From Fidelibacterota bacterium (GTDB lineage: Bacteria > Fidelibacterota > Marinisomatia > Marinisomatales > UBA1611), in contig JBJKZY010000044.1 of the NCBI GenBank assembly GCA_045568995.1, forward strand, positions 1,688 to 65,687: 64,000 bases of DNA. Direction: 5' to 3'. The number at the start of each line of letters is the position of its first letter. Position 1 is the first letter of the stretch. Made by a program: the position numbers and the translations under genes. A model generated the notes under the pieces. The model had not been told where the DNA came from and did not search any database. It was given only the letters and a program-made list of their open reading frames with translations. Positions 39,845 through 48,444 of this stretch are shown piece by piece.

Positions 39845-40018
39845 AAAAAGAGCAAGAAACTTAGCGAGAGCAGGAAGGGATTTCAACCACTTACCTAATT
39901 GGAATATATTTTATTTGAATAAACTTGTTTTGAAATGATTTTTCTGTTAATGTTTTCAAAGTAATAATTTCAAAATAATCTTTAAAGAATTAGGATACTC
40001 CTTAATATATTTATTGCA

Positions 40019-40756
40019 ATGTATAAAATAAAAAAATCTGTTTCAAGACTATTAAGATTCTTCGGCTATGAAATTCAAAGACATTCTTCAACTTCTCACA
40101 GTGTAAAAGAACCGTTTTACCATTTTCGCAATCTATTAGATAATTCACAACCTGTGGTTTTTGATGTTGGCGCCTATATTGGGGATACTATTGAGCAATT
40201 TAAATCTTCTTTTCCAGAGTCTTATATCCATGCCTTCGAACCTTTTGATGAATCTTTTTCTATACTAAAAAATCGTTTTCAAAAAACAGATAAACTTTTT
40301 TTTAATAATATAGCAGTAGAGAATCGTTTCTCATCAAGCGCCAATATGTACATTACCCAAAACAAAGGTTCTAGTTCTTTATTGCAACCAACAAAAGATG
40401 CTAATGAATTTTGGGAAGGAAATCCACTTTCAACTCAAGAAAAAGTAAAAGTAAAAACAACAACTATCGACAGTTATTGTCAAAAACATAATATTGAAAC
40501 CATCGATATTTTAAAAATAGATGTACAAGGAAGCGAACTTAAAGTTCTACAAGGTGCAGAACGAATGTTAAAAGATAGGCTAGTCAAACTAATTTTTACA
40601 GAAATATCTATAGCCCCCAATTACAAAGGACAGTCAGAAATAGATGAAATAATCAAGTTTTTAAGAGAAAATAAATATAAAATTTTTAATTTTTTTAAAA
40701 TGAAACATAAGCAAGGCAAGTTAATTGAATGTGATGTTTTATTCTATACTGAGTAA
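40019..40756 (+). CDS. FkbM-family methyltransferase
   Basis: 245 aa with VVFDVGAYIGDT and IDILKIDVQGSELKVLQG. Confidence 0.75.
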   Translation: MYKIKKSVSRLLRFFGYEIQRHSSTSHSVKEPFYHFRNLLDNSQPVVFDVGAYIGDTIEQFKSSFPESYIHAFEPFDESFSILKNRFQKTDKLFFNNIAVENRFSSSANMYITQNKGSSSLLQPTKDANEFWEGNPLSTQEKVKVKTTTIDSYCQKHNIETIDILKIDVQGSELKVLQGAERMLKDRLVKLIFTEISIAPNYKGQSEIDEIIKFLRENKYKIFNFFKMKHKQGKLIECDVLFYTE

Positions 40757-41928
40757 TTATTTTTTAAAACTTCATTATAAATATCATTTAGAGTTTGAGC
40801 TGTTTTTTCAATATCAAAGCGTTTCAGAGAACTCTCTCTTGCTCTAAGTCCCATCTCCTGTCTAAGTGATTTATCCATAGTAATTATTTTTTTTAGGCCT
40901 TTTTCTAGTTCAACCGTATTCTCATTTTCAAAAAGTATGCCTGTTTTATTATGTTCAATTATTTCAGGAATTCCTCCAGCTGTTGACGCAAGAATTGGGA
41001 GAGAGGAAGCCATTGCTTCTTTTAAAGTAATTGGTGATCCTTCTGAAACAGAAGGTTGAATGTATAAATCAATTGAAAGTAAAAATTTTGGGATATCATT
41101 ATAGTGTAACTCACCTAAAATGAGTATGTTTTTCCTTAGATAATACTTGTCTATCATGTTTTCTAGCATATTTCGATAAGGTCCATCTCCTGCTATTTTT
41201 AAATAAAAATTTGGGTGTTCTTTTTTGATTCTATAAAGTGTTTTAATTAATAGATCGTATCCTTTAGCCCAATTTAATCTGCCAATAGAGCCGAATATTA
41301 TTGAGCCTTCCCTGTGATCATTTATTTTTATTGATAAAAAACTATTAAAATCTACAGTTGCATGTATTATCGGTATCTTATCAAAACTTGGATAAAAACA
41401 ATCTTTCATATAAGATAGATTTTTTAACAAGATATGTTTTGAATCTGAAATGATAGTTAAGTTTTTTTTTAAAAAATATTTATACATCCATTTAAATAAT
41501 ATTTTATTTTTGGTTATAGACCTTTCTGCATGAATGTTCCAAATCATTGGGATATTCAATAATCTTATAACAAGAAATTGAGTTAATAATCGTACGGGTT
41601 CATCAAGTATAACTAAATCAGGCTTCGAGTTTTGTAGTTTTCCAAAAAGTCGAAAAAAATAAAAGATACCTGCAAGCTTTCTAAGCCTTTTCCATAAAAA
41701 ATAAGGTCTCCAATTTTTATCTGCTGGTATGATTTGGCAGGAAGAGACGTTTATGTTTTTCTTAAGAAATTCATTATATAGTGATCCCTCTTTTTGATAT
41801 AATGTCCATACTTCTCTTTTAATCCTATGAACCTTGTCATAATTAGATATATTTAAGAGATATGTTTGGACTCCACCAGGGTTTAAAGACCCAATTAAGT
41901 GTAGTATTTTAGTTTTAGTTTGCATCAA
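40744..41928 (-). CDS. glycosyltransferase family 4 (GT-B)
   Basis: 394 aa with an N-terminal GGV motif (LNPGGVQTY) and a C-terminal EGSPITLKEAMASSLPILAS..GGIPEII. Confidence 0.85.
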   Translation of the reverse strand: MMQTKTKILHLIGSLNPGGVQTYLLNISNYDKVHRIKREVWTLYQKEGSLYNEFLKKNINVSSCQIIPADKNWRPYFLWKRLRKLAGIFYFFRLFGKLQNSKPDLVILDEPVRLLTQFLVIRLLNIPMIWNIHAERSITKNKILFKWMYKYFLKKNLTIISDSKHILLKNLSYMKDCFYPSFDKIPIIHATVDFNSFLSIKINDHREGSIIFGSIGRLNWAKGYDLLIKTLYRIKKEHPNFYLKIAGDGPYRNMLENMIDKYYLRKNILILGELHYNDIPKFLLSIDLYIQPSVSEGSPITLKEAMASSLPILASTAGGIPEIIEHNKTGILFENENTVELEKGLKKIITMDKSLRQEMGLRARESSLKRFDIEKTAQTLNDIYNEVLKNNYSV

Positions 41929-42067
41929 AGTTGTTTGAACATATAAATAATAATTAGATCAAACCCATCCTTATTTTCACCTATATTAATTTGTAAAATT
42001 AATGTAGAATTGCTAAAAATAAGTGTTCATCTGTAATAAATAAATTTAACCTTAATTCAATAATTTT

Positions 42068-42814
42068 ATGCAAAAATTAAATAGTAAAACTTTTACTTGC
42101 GTAGGAGTAAACAGTACAATTTCTATCATCAAGTCTAAAAGGTTCCGAATTGAAAAAGTATTAATAACAAGAAGTAGTAAAGCAGAAAAAGATCAAAAAT
42201 TAAATAGGGCTTTGAAGGCAGTTAACCCCAGTTTTATTAGGAAAGTTAATGATAGAAAATTGTCTTCTAGATTTAAAACGCAAGGTGTCGCAATCACCTT
42301 CTCTGGGGATTTGATTCTGAATGAAAATGCGGGCTATCCAAATGAAAAAGATTCCTGCTTACTAGTATTAGATCAAGTGGAAGACCCTCAAAATTTTGGC
42401 CAAATAATTAGAACAGTTGAGTGTGCAGGAATAAAAGGAATAATATATTCTAAACATCATTCTGTTCCATTAACCGAGACTGCTTTACAGGTTAGTCAGG
42501 GTGCATTTGTTAATATGAAATTTTATGAAGTAACGAATATAAGAAATGAACTAAAAAAATTAAAAAAAAATAATTTTTGGGTTGTTGGTTTGGAAAATAG
42601 TGTTAATGCTAGCCCTTGGTATTCAATTGATTATTCTGATAAAATAGCAATTGTAGTTGGAAGTGAAGGGAGCGGTGTTCGAAAAAAAGTATTGGAAACT
42701 TGTGATTTTATCGCAACAATACCTATGCAGGGTATCACAAATTCTTTAAATGTCGGTGCTGCAAGCTCTGCAATAGCATTTGAAATGTTACGACAAAAAT
42801 TGGAGAAAAAATAA
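42068..42814 (+). CDS. SpoU/TrmH-family RNA 2'-O-ribose methyltransferase (RlmB-like)
   Basis: 248 aa with an N-terminal substrate-binding domain plus LDQVEDPQNFGQIIRT, VVGSEGSGV and IPMQG..NSLNV. Confidence 0.8.
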   Translation: MQKLNSKTFTCVGVNSTISIIKSKRFRIEKVLITRSSKAEKDQKLNRALKAVNPSFIRKVNDRKLSSRFKTQGVAITFSGDLILNENAGYPNEKDSCLLVLDQVEDPQNFGQIIRTVECAGIKGIIYSKHHSVPLTETALQVSQGAFVNMKFYEVTNIRNELKKLKKNNFWVVGLENSVNASPWYSIDYSDKIAIVVGSEGSGVRKKVLETCDFIATIPMQGITNSLNVGAASSAIAFEMLRQKLEKK

Positions 42815-43728
42815 TGCCATCAACTCACGATTATAAAGATGATAAAAGGAACAATAATATTCAAGTTTATTTGAACGGTCAATTTTATCATAGATCAAAA
42901 GCAAACATTTCAGTTATGGATAGTGGTTTTCTCTTAGGGGATGGTGTATGGGAAGGGATAAGGTTGTATAAAAATGTTTTAATCCATCTTGAGGATCATT
43001 TGAGTAGACTTTATTTTGGTGCAAAAAGTATTTCTATGGAAATACCATTGTCAAAAAAAGAACTAAAACTAGCAATCTTGGAAACAATTAAAAAAAATAA
43101 TATGGAAACAAATGTACATATACGCTTAATTGTTTCTAGAGGAATAAAAAAAACACCTTATCAAAACCCCAAAGTAACCATTAGTCCACCAACAATTGTT
43201 ATTATACCTGAATATAAAAAAGCTAGTGATGATGTGAAAAAAAATGGTATTACTATAGGAACAGTAAATACCATTAGGGATGATAGAGTTCAGGACCCAA
43301 AGATCAATTCTCTAAGCAAACATAATTGTATTGCTGCGTGCATTGAAGCAAACAAGCTTGGAGTTGATGAGGGTTTAATGCTAGACCCGCATGGGTTTGT
43401 GTCGACTTGCAACTCAACAAATTTTTTTATTGTAAAGAATAATGAAGTATGGACTTCAACAGGTCAATATTGTTTGAATGGTGTTACTAGAAAATCTGTG
43501 ATAGGGTTATGTAAACAGTACAATATTTCAGTCCATGAAAAGAATTTTTCATTAGATGATGTTCATAGTTCAGAAGAAATATTTGTTACAGGAACTTTTG
43601 CGGGTGTCATTCCAGTTGTTTCGGTAGATAATATAATTATTGGGGAGGGAGCGCGCGGAGAAATGACAAAAAATATTCAAGATTGGTATAGAATGGACTT
43701 AGAAAATATAGTAATTCAAAATGGATAA
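42814..43728 (+). CDS. PLP fold-type IV aminotransferase (BCAT / D-amino-acid aminotransferase-like)
   Basis: 304 aa with VMDSGFLLGDGVWEGIRLY, HIRLIVSRG, DPKINSLSKHNCIAA, NFFIV...LNGVTR and FVTGTFAGVIPVVSVD. Confidence 0.85.
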   Translation: MPSTHDYKDDKRNNNIQVYLNGQFYHRSKANISVMDSGFLLGDGVWEGIRLYKNVLIHLEDHLSRLYFGAKSISMEIPLSKKELKLAILETIKKNNMETNVHIRLIVSRGIKKTPYQNPKVTISPPTIVIIPEYKKASDDVKKNGITIGTVNTIRDDRVQDPKINSLSKHNCIAACIEANKLGVDEGLMLDPHGFVSTCNSTNFFIVKNNEVWTSTGQYCLNGVTRKSVIGLCKQYNISVHEKNFSLDDVHSSEEIFVTGTFAGVIPVVSVDNIIIGEGARGEMTKNIQDWYRMDLENIVIQNG

Positions 43729-44452
43729 GATTTACATAGCTATGTGGTCTGGACCACGTAATCTTTCTACTGCTTTGATGCGGTCTTTTGAAAACCGTAC
43801 AGATACTACTGTCATTGATGAGCCTTTTTATGCGCACTTTTTGAAACAAACTAATCTAAATCATCCTGGTAGGGATGAGATTATTTCAACACAAGACTCT
43901 AATTGGAAAAGCATTGTTAAAAAGATTACGGGGCCGATTCCCCAAAATAAGTCAATTTGGTATCAAAAGCATATGGCGCAACACAATCTTGAGGGGTGTG
44001 ATATTAATTGGATAAAAAACTTTCATAATTGTATTTTAATCCGAGATCCTAAATATGTAATCCCAAGTTATAATAAAGAGTATTCTTTATCGGATGAAAA
44101 ATTATTAGGGTATTCTCAACAATTGGATCTTATACAAATGTTAGAAGTTGAAGAAGGTGCAACTCCGCCAATTTTTGATGCCATTGATATTCTAAAAAAC
44201 CCTGAACAGGCTTTAAAAAAAATTTGTCTTATTTTTGGAATAAGTTTTAGCGATAAAATGTTACAATGGCCTAGAGGGAAAAGAAAATCTGACGGTATTT
44301 GGGCTAAGTACTGGTATGGTAATGTAGAAAATTCTTCAGGATTTAAACCTTTTCAAAAAAAGAATACACTCATTGATAAAGAGCTTATCCCATTATATGA
44401 TAAGTGCTTGGAAGGTTATAGTAGTATGTATGAGAAGAGAGTAGTTTTTTAA
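43721..44452 (+). CDS. P-loop sulfotransferase-like protein of unknown function
   Basis: 243 aa with AMWSGPRNLSTALMRSF, VIDEPFYAHFL, ILIRDP and DGIWAKYWYGNVENSSGF. It overlaps the aminotransferase gene by 8 nt. Family assignment is from memory. Confidence 0.5.
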   Translation: MDKIYIAMWSGPRNLSTALMRSFENRTDTTVIDEPFYAHFLKQTNLNHPGRDEIISTQDSNWKSIVKKITGPIPQNKSIWYQKHMAQHNLEGCDINWIKNFHNCILIRDPKYVIPSYNKEYSLSDEKLLGYSQQLDLIQMLEVEEGATPPIFDAIDILKNPEQALKKICLIFGISFSDKMLQWPRGKRKSDGIWAKYWYGNVENSSGFKPFQKKNTLIDKELIPLYDKCLEGYSSMYEKRVVF

Positions 44453-44457
44453 AAATT

Positions 44458-45285
44458 TTGGAAAGAATTCTATTATTTATTTTTTTTATTTTAATAGTTA
44501 GTATTCCATTCTTATATCGATTTGTTAGAATTGGGAGAATTGGTTGGTTTGTGAATACAACCTCAAATCTTACAATTGATAAGAATTATAATACTGCTGA
44601 AAAACTAAGAACTATACAGGTCCTTTTAGGTGCAATCTTTTTTGTGATTCATGGATCCTTATTTTGGGGTTTTTTTAATATTGCAACCTTTTTAATCATT
44701 ACGGTTATTGTAAGTCTCCTTTTTGAAATAATCGGTTCCAAAACTGGATATGTTTTTGGGGGTAAGTATCATTATAATAATGATAATACGCCAGGGTATA
44801 TAATATTTGGTATTCCTGTTTTAATTCCAATTGCTTGGTTTGGCATAATTTATATGTGTATAAATTTTTGCTATTATGTAACAAATATCAGTTTCCCATT
44901 TGAAAACTCTATTAATTATTTTTTTATTATTTCAACTGCTATTTTTGTTATGCTTTTAGATCTTGTTCTTGATCCATTAGCAGTGGATGAAAAAAGATGG
45001 AATTGGGAATCTCCAGGTATTTATTACGGCATTCCTATTTTAAATTTTTTTGGATGGTTATTAGTCCCCTTATCAATTTTGTTCATATTTCAACATTTTT
45101 CCCATCCAGTAATTATAATGGTTTCTTCATATTCAATATTATTTAAATATGCTCCAGGAATTTTATTTATTTTTTTACCAATTGTCGCATCTAGACCTTG
45201 TTTTGAAAGAGGACTAGTAATTCCAGGTTATATAGGAATAATTACATCTTTTATTTATTTTGTAATTGTTATCAGTCGGTATTAG
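44458..45285 (+). CDS. polytopic membrane protein, possibly DUF422 / carotenoid-biosynthesis-protein family
   Basis: 275 aa with about 8 TM and the LDLVLDPLAVDEKRWNWE motif. Recognition is weak. Confidence 0.35.
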   Translation: MERILLFIFFILIVSIPFLYRFVRIGRIGWFVNTTSNLTIDKNYNTAEKLRTIQVLLGAIFFVIHGSLFWGFFNIATFLIITVIVSLLFEIIGSKTGYVFGGKYHYNNDNTPGYIIFGIPVLIPIAWFGIIYMCINFCYYVTNISFPFENSINYFFIISTAIFVMLLDLVLDPLAVDEKRWNWESPGIYYGIPILNFFGWLLVPLSILFIFQHFSHPVIIMVSSYSILFKYAPGILFIFLPIVASRPCFERGLVIPGYIGIITSFIYFVIVISRY

Positions 45286-45290
45286 GTAAT

Positions 45291-45317
45291 AAAAAACGCG
45301 CCATTGGCGCGTTTTTT
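45291..45317. terminator. bidirectional intrinsic terminator
   Basis: aaaaaacgcgcc-att-ggcgcgtttttt has a GC-rich stem extended by A6/T6 arms. Confidence 0.75.
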
Positions 45318-45445
45318 ATTTTTGTAGCTGACCTCGCAATGCCAGCACTGTGGATTTATTTTGCTGATAATTTGGAGGTCAGCAAACTACTTGAATAAGA
45401 CAACTGATCACCTCCTTTAGTTTAAAGTTAATAAGAAATTCCACT
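45318..45445 (-). ncRNA. candidate small transcript: perfect SD + 15-codon ORF (45356-45403) + long hairpin, ending at the 45291-45317 terminator
   Basis: The minus strand reads CTAAAGGAGGTGATCAG-TTG TCT TAT TCA AGT AGT TTG CTG ACC TCC AAA TTA TCA GCA AAA TAA. Hairpin arms are 45324-45335 and 45375-45390. There is no downstream gene on that strand. Confidence 0.2.
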
Positions 45446-45450
45446 CCTTA

Positions 45451-45480
45451 ATTTTATGACATCATTTCTATAAAAGTCAA
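45451..45480 (-). promoter_or_regulatory. candidate sigma70-like promoter for the small transcript
   Basis: The minus strand shows TTGACT (45480-45475), an 18-nt spacer and TAAAAT (45456-45451). In an AT-rich genome such a match can arise by chance. Confidence 0.25.
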
Positions 45481-45507
45481 ATCAGATTCTTTTTCAATCA
45501 ATATTTT

Positions 45508-46107
45508 TTATATTTTTTGTTTATAAATATAATGCCTGTGCTTTTTTGAAATTCTTCTCAATTCATATTGTACAAGATCAATTTCATCGACAGTAAGGTC
45601 TTCTTTTGTTAGATCTACTTTTTTATCCCATTTAGGTGACCAGGATTCATACCTTTGTGTTAGGTTTCTAATATAATTTATATCGGATACCTTCTCTTCG
45701 ATAGGGTCTTTCCTTTTTCTTGAGATACGTCTTCTTCGTCTTATTATATCGTAAAATTCATCAATCCGTTTACCTCTTTCTTTTTTTAACTCTTCATTCA
45801 CTGTGTTTTCAAATTGAACATGGTCATCAGTAATTTTTTCTAAAATATTTAGATCTTTTAATAGCGCTTTTCCATTTTCTGAAGGTGTAGCAGAGGGTTT
45901 GTATTCAATGTAAGGAATAAAGTTTAACTTTTTAAGTAACGCTCTTTTCGTCCATTTTTTAACTCTTTCAATTCGAGTTTTTGATTCTTGGCCAAACAAA
46001 GATTCCCCATAGCTAAAAAAAATAATAACTATGTATAATTGCAGTATGTTATGTTTCAAGTGATTTTCCTTATCACTATAAAACAGGTAAACCGCACCCA
46101 TAAACAT
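45508..46107 (-). CDS. hypothetical basic protein, probably exported
   Basis: 199 aa ORF. An internal TTG would give MKHNILQLYIVIIFFSYGESLFGQ (signal-like). The body is R/K/E-rich (RRRRRISRKRK). No family recognised. Confidence 0.4.
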   Translation of the reverse strand: MFMGAVYLFYSDKENHLKHNILQLYIVIIFFSYGESLFGQESKTRIERVKKWTKRALLKKLNFIPYIEYKPSATPSENGKALLKDLNILEKITDDHVQFENTVNEELKKERGKRIDEFYDIIRRRRRISRKRKDPIEEKVSDINYIRNLTQRYESWSPKWDKKVDLTKEDLTVDEIDLVQYELRRISKKHRHYIYKQKI

Positions 46108-46144
46108 TTTATGAATGTATAATTCAGTGAGAACTCCGCATTTA

Positions 46145-46162
46145 TAGGTCTTATAAGACCTA
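46145..46162. repeat. perfect 18-bp palindrome TAGGTCTTATAAGACCTA in a divergent intergenic region
   Basis: Read directly from the sequence. A second inverted repeat, TATATAAG-ca-CTTATATA, lies at 46225-46242. Confidence 0.9.
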
Positions 46163-46310
46163 GATAATTTTAAATTATATCCTTCACCTAAAGCAAGAGG
46201 TAATTCAAAGTAATTAAGTGTATATATATAAGCACTTATATAAATAAGATAGTTGAGTTAATTATTCTTCAATTTTTTGTAAATTTAATTTTAACATTTG
46301 AGGTAATTTG

Positions 46311-48440
46311 ATGAAACTTTTTACGTTAATTGGAGTTTTAATAATGAGTTCATGTAGTGAAACGTTAGTTAAGCCAGTTCCCAAGAAAAAACCTTATGAG
46401 ATTATAACTCATGGACATAAAAGAGTTGATGATTATTATTGGATGCGGTTAACGGACGAACAAAAAAAATCTAAAATTCCTGATAAACATACAAAAAAAG
46501 TAATCAATTATATTAATCAGGAAAATAATTATACCCAAAATAGCCTTTCACATACAAAAATACTTCAAAAAACGTTGTTTAACGAAATAGTGGAAAGAAT
46601 ACCAAAAGATGACGAAACTGTTCCTTATTTGGAAAATGGTTATTTTTATTATTCTCGTTATGAAGAGAAAAAAGAATATGCAATTTATTGTAGAAAAAAA
46701 GGATCTCTTGATGCTCAAGAACAAATTATTTTAGATGGGAATGAGCTATCTAAGGGCTATGATTATTTTTCAGTTGGTAGTAGATCCGTTAGCCCCAATA
46801 ATGAATGGTTGGCCTATGGACTAGATACTCTTAGCAGGAGATTTTACACGATTTACTTTAAAAACTTAGTTACAGGGGAAGTTTTAGAACATTCTATTCC
46901 TAATACATCTGGTTCTGTTGCCTGGGCAAATGATAATAAAACAGTTTTTTACACATCAAAAAATAAAGTAACGCTATTATCTGAAAAAATATTCAGACAT
47001 AGTTTAAATACTAGTTATGAAGAAGATGTTTTAGTATATGAAGAAACAGATAATGAATTTTACACTGGAGTATATAGATCAAAATCAGGAAAATTTATTA
47101 TCATATGGAATAGTAGTACATTAGTAAGCGATTATCATATTCTGAATACGAATAATCCAAATGGAGATTTTATCTCTTTTACTCCAAGAGGGGAAAAGCA
47201 TGAGTATGACATAGCACACTATTCTGATAAGTTTTACATCATGACGAACTATAATGCTGAAAACAACCGATTGATGGAAACACCAGATGATGCAACGGAT
47301 ATTTCTAATTGGAAAGAAATCATTCCTCATGATAAAAATGTTCATTTATTAGATATGGAAATTTTTGATAACTACTTGGTACTCAATCATAGAAAAAATG
47401 GTCTACGAGGAATAAGAATAATTAACCAAACGGATAAGAAAAATAATATTTTAAATTTTGGTGAAAATACCTACGCCGCATTTTTTTCAACAAATAAAGA
47501 ATTTAATACAAGTATTCTCCGGTATAGCTATAGCTCTTTAGTTACTCCATGGTCTACATATGATTATAATATGAAGACGGGAGAAAAAACTCTAATGAAA
47601 CAAGATAAAATTTTAGGAGGATACAATCAAAAAAATTATTTTTCTGAAAGATTGTATGCTAAATCAAGAGATGGAAAAAAGGTTCCAGTTTCAATAGTAT
47701 ATAATAAAAATTATAAAAAGGACAATCCCCAAAATCTTTTACTTTATGGATATGGATCATATGGATCTACTATAGATCCTTATTTTAATTCAGCTAGATT
47801 AAGTCTTTTAGATAGAGGATTTATTTTTGCTATTGCCCATGTGCGGGGTAGTCAGATTTATGGAAGGCAGTCTTATGAAGATGGGAAACTATTTAATAAA
47901 AAGAATACTTTTAATGATTTCATAGATGCAGGGAAATTTTTAGTTTCCTCAGGATATACTAATCAGGATAAGTTGTTTTGTTCTGGAGGTAGTGCTGGAG
48001 GATTATTAATAGGTGCGGTTATTAATATGGAGCCTAATTTATGGAGAGGAGCAATTGCTGCAGTACCGTTTGTAGATGTAGTTACAACCATGTTGGACCC
48101 TTCGATACCTCTGACATCTAATGAATGGGACGAGTGGGGAGACCCTAGAGAAAATGATTATTATGATTACATGTTATCTTATTCCCCATATGATCAAGTT
48201 AAGGGAGAAAAATATCCTAACCTTTTAGTTACATCTGGGTTTTTTGATTCTCAGGTACAGTATTTTGAGCCACTTAAATGGGTCGCTAAACTTAGAGAGT
48301 ATTGGGAAGGAGAAAATAAATTATTTTTGCATATGGAAATGGACGCTGGACATGGAGGTAAGTCGGGCAGGTTTAGGAGATATAAAGAAGTTGCTTTAGA
48401 ATATGCTTTTCTATTAGATCTTGCGAGTATAAGAAATTAA
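46311..48440 (+). CDS. ptrB: oligopeptidase B / prolyl oligopeptidase family S9A, probably lipoprotein
   Basis: About 709 aa with signal VLIMSSC, an N-terminal propeller and a C-terminal alpha/beta hydrolase (GGSAGGLL, DSQV, AGHGG). Confidence 0.9.
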   Translation: MKLFTLIGVLIMSSCSETLVKPVPKKKPYEIITHGHKRVDDYYWMRLTDEQKKSKIPDKHTKKVINYINQENNYTQNSLSHTKILQKTLFNEIVERIPKDDETVPYLENGYFYYSRYEEKKEYAIYCRKKGSLDAQEQIILDGNELSKGYDYFSVGSRSVSPNNEWLAYGLDTLSRRFYTIYFKNLVTGEVLEHSIPNTSGSVAWANDNKTVFYTSKNKVTLLSEKIFRHSLNTSYEEDVLVYEETDNEFYTGVYRSKSGKFIIIWNSSTLVSDYHILNTNNPNGDFISFTPRGEKHEYDIAHYSDKFYIMTNYNAENNRLMETPDDATDISNWKEIIPHDKNVHLLDMEIFDNYLVLNHRKNGLRGIRIINQTDKKNNILNFGENTYAAFFSTNKEFNTSILRYSYSSLVTPWSTYDYNMKTGEKTLMKQDKILGGYNQKNYFSERLYAKSRDGKKVPVSIVYNKNYKKDNPQNLLLYGYGSYGSTIDPYFNSARLSLLDRGFIFAIAHVRGSQIYGRQSYEDGKLFNKKNTFNDFIDAGKFLVSSGYTNQDKLFCSGGSAGGLLIGAVINMEPNLWRGAIAAVPFVDVVTTMLDPSIPLTSNEWDEWGDPRENDYYDYMLSYSPYDQVKGEKYPNLLVTSGFFDSQVQYFEPLKWVAKLREYWEGENKLFLHMEMDAGHGGKSGRFRRYKEVALEYAFLLDLASIRN

Positions 48441-48444
48441 TGGT

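Noticed and set aside
39691-40018. A tRNA-flanked genomic island with att-site duplication.
   Set aside because: I found no second copy of the tRNA 3' segment (GGTTCGAATCCCTGTGGGCCC) by eye, and no integrase. The scan was by eye only and a computational repeat search could revisit this.
45405-45420. The plus-strand string GATCACCTCCTTT, identical to the 3' end of 16S rRNA; considered as an rRNA fragment.
   Set aside because: Nothing upstream resembles 16S helix 45 or any other rRNA sequence. It is better read as the complement of a perfect SD on the minus strand (see finding).
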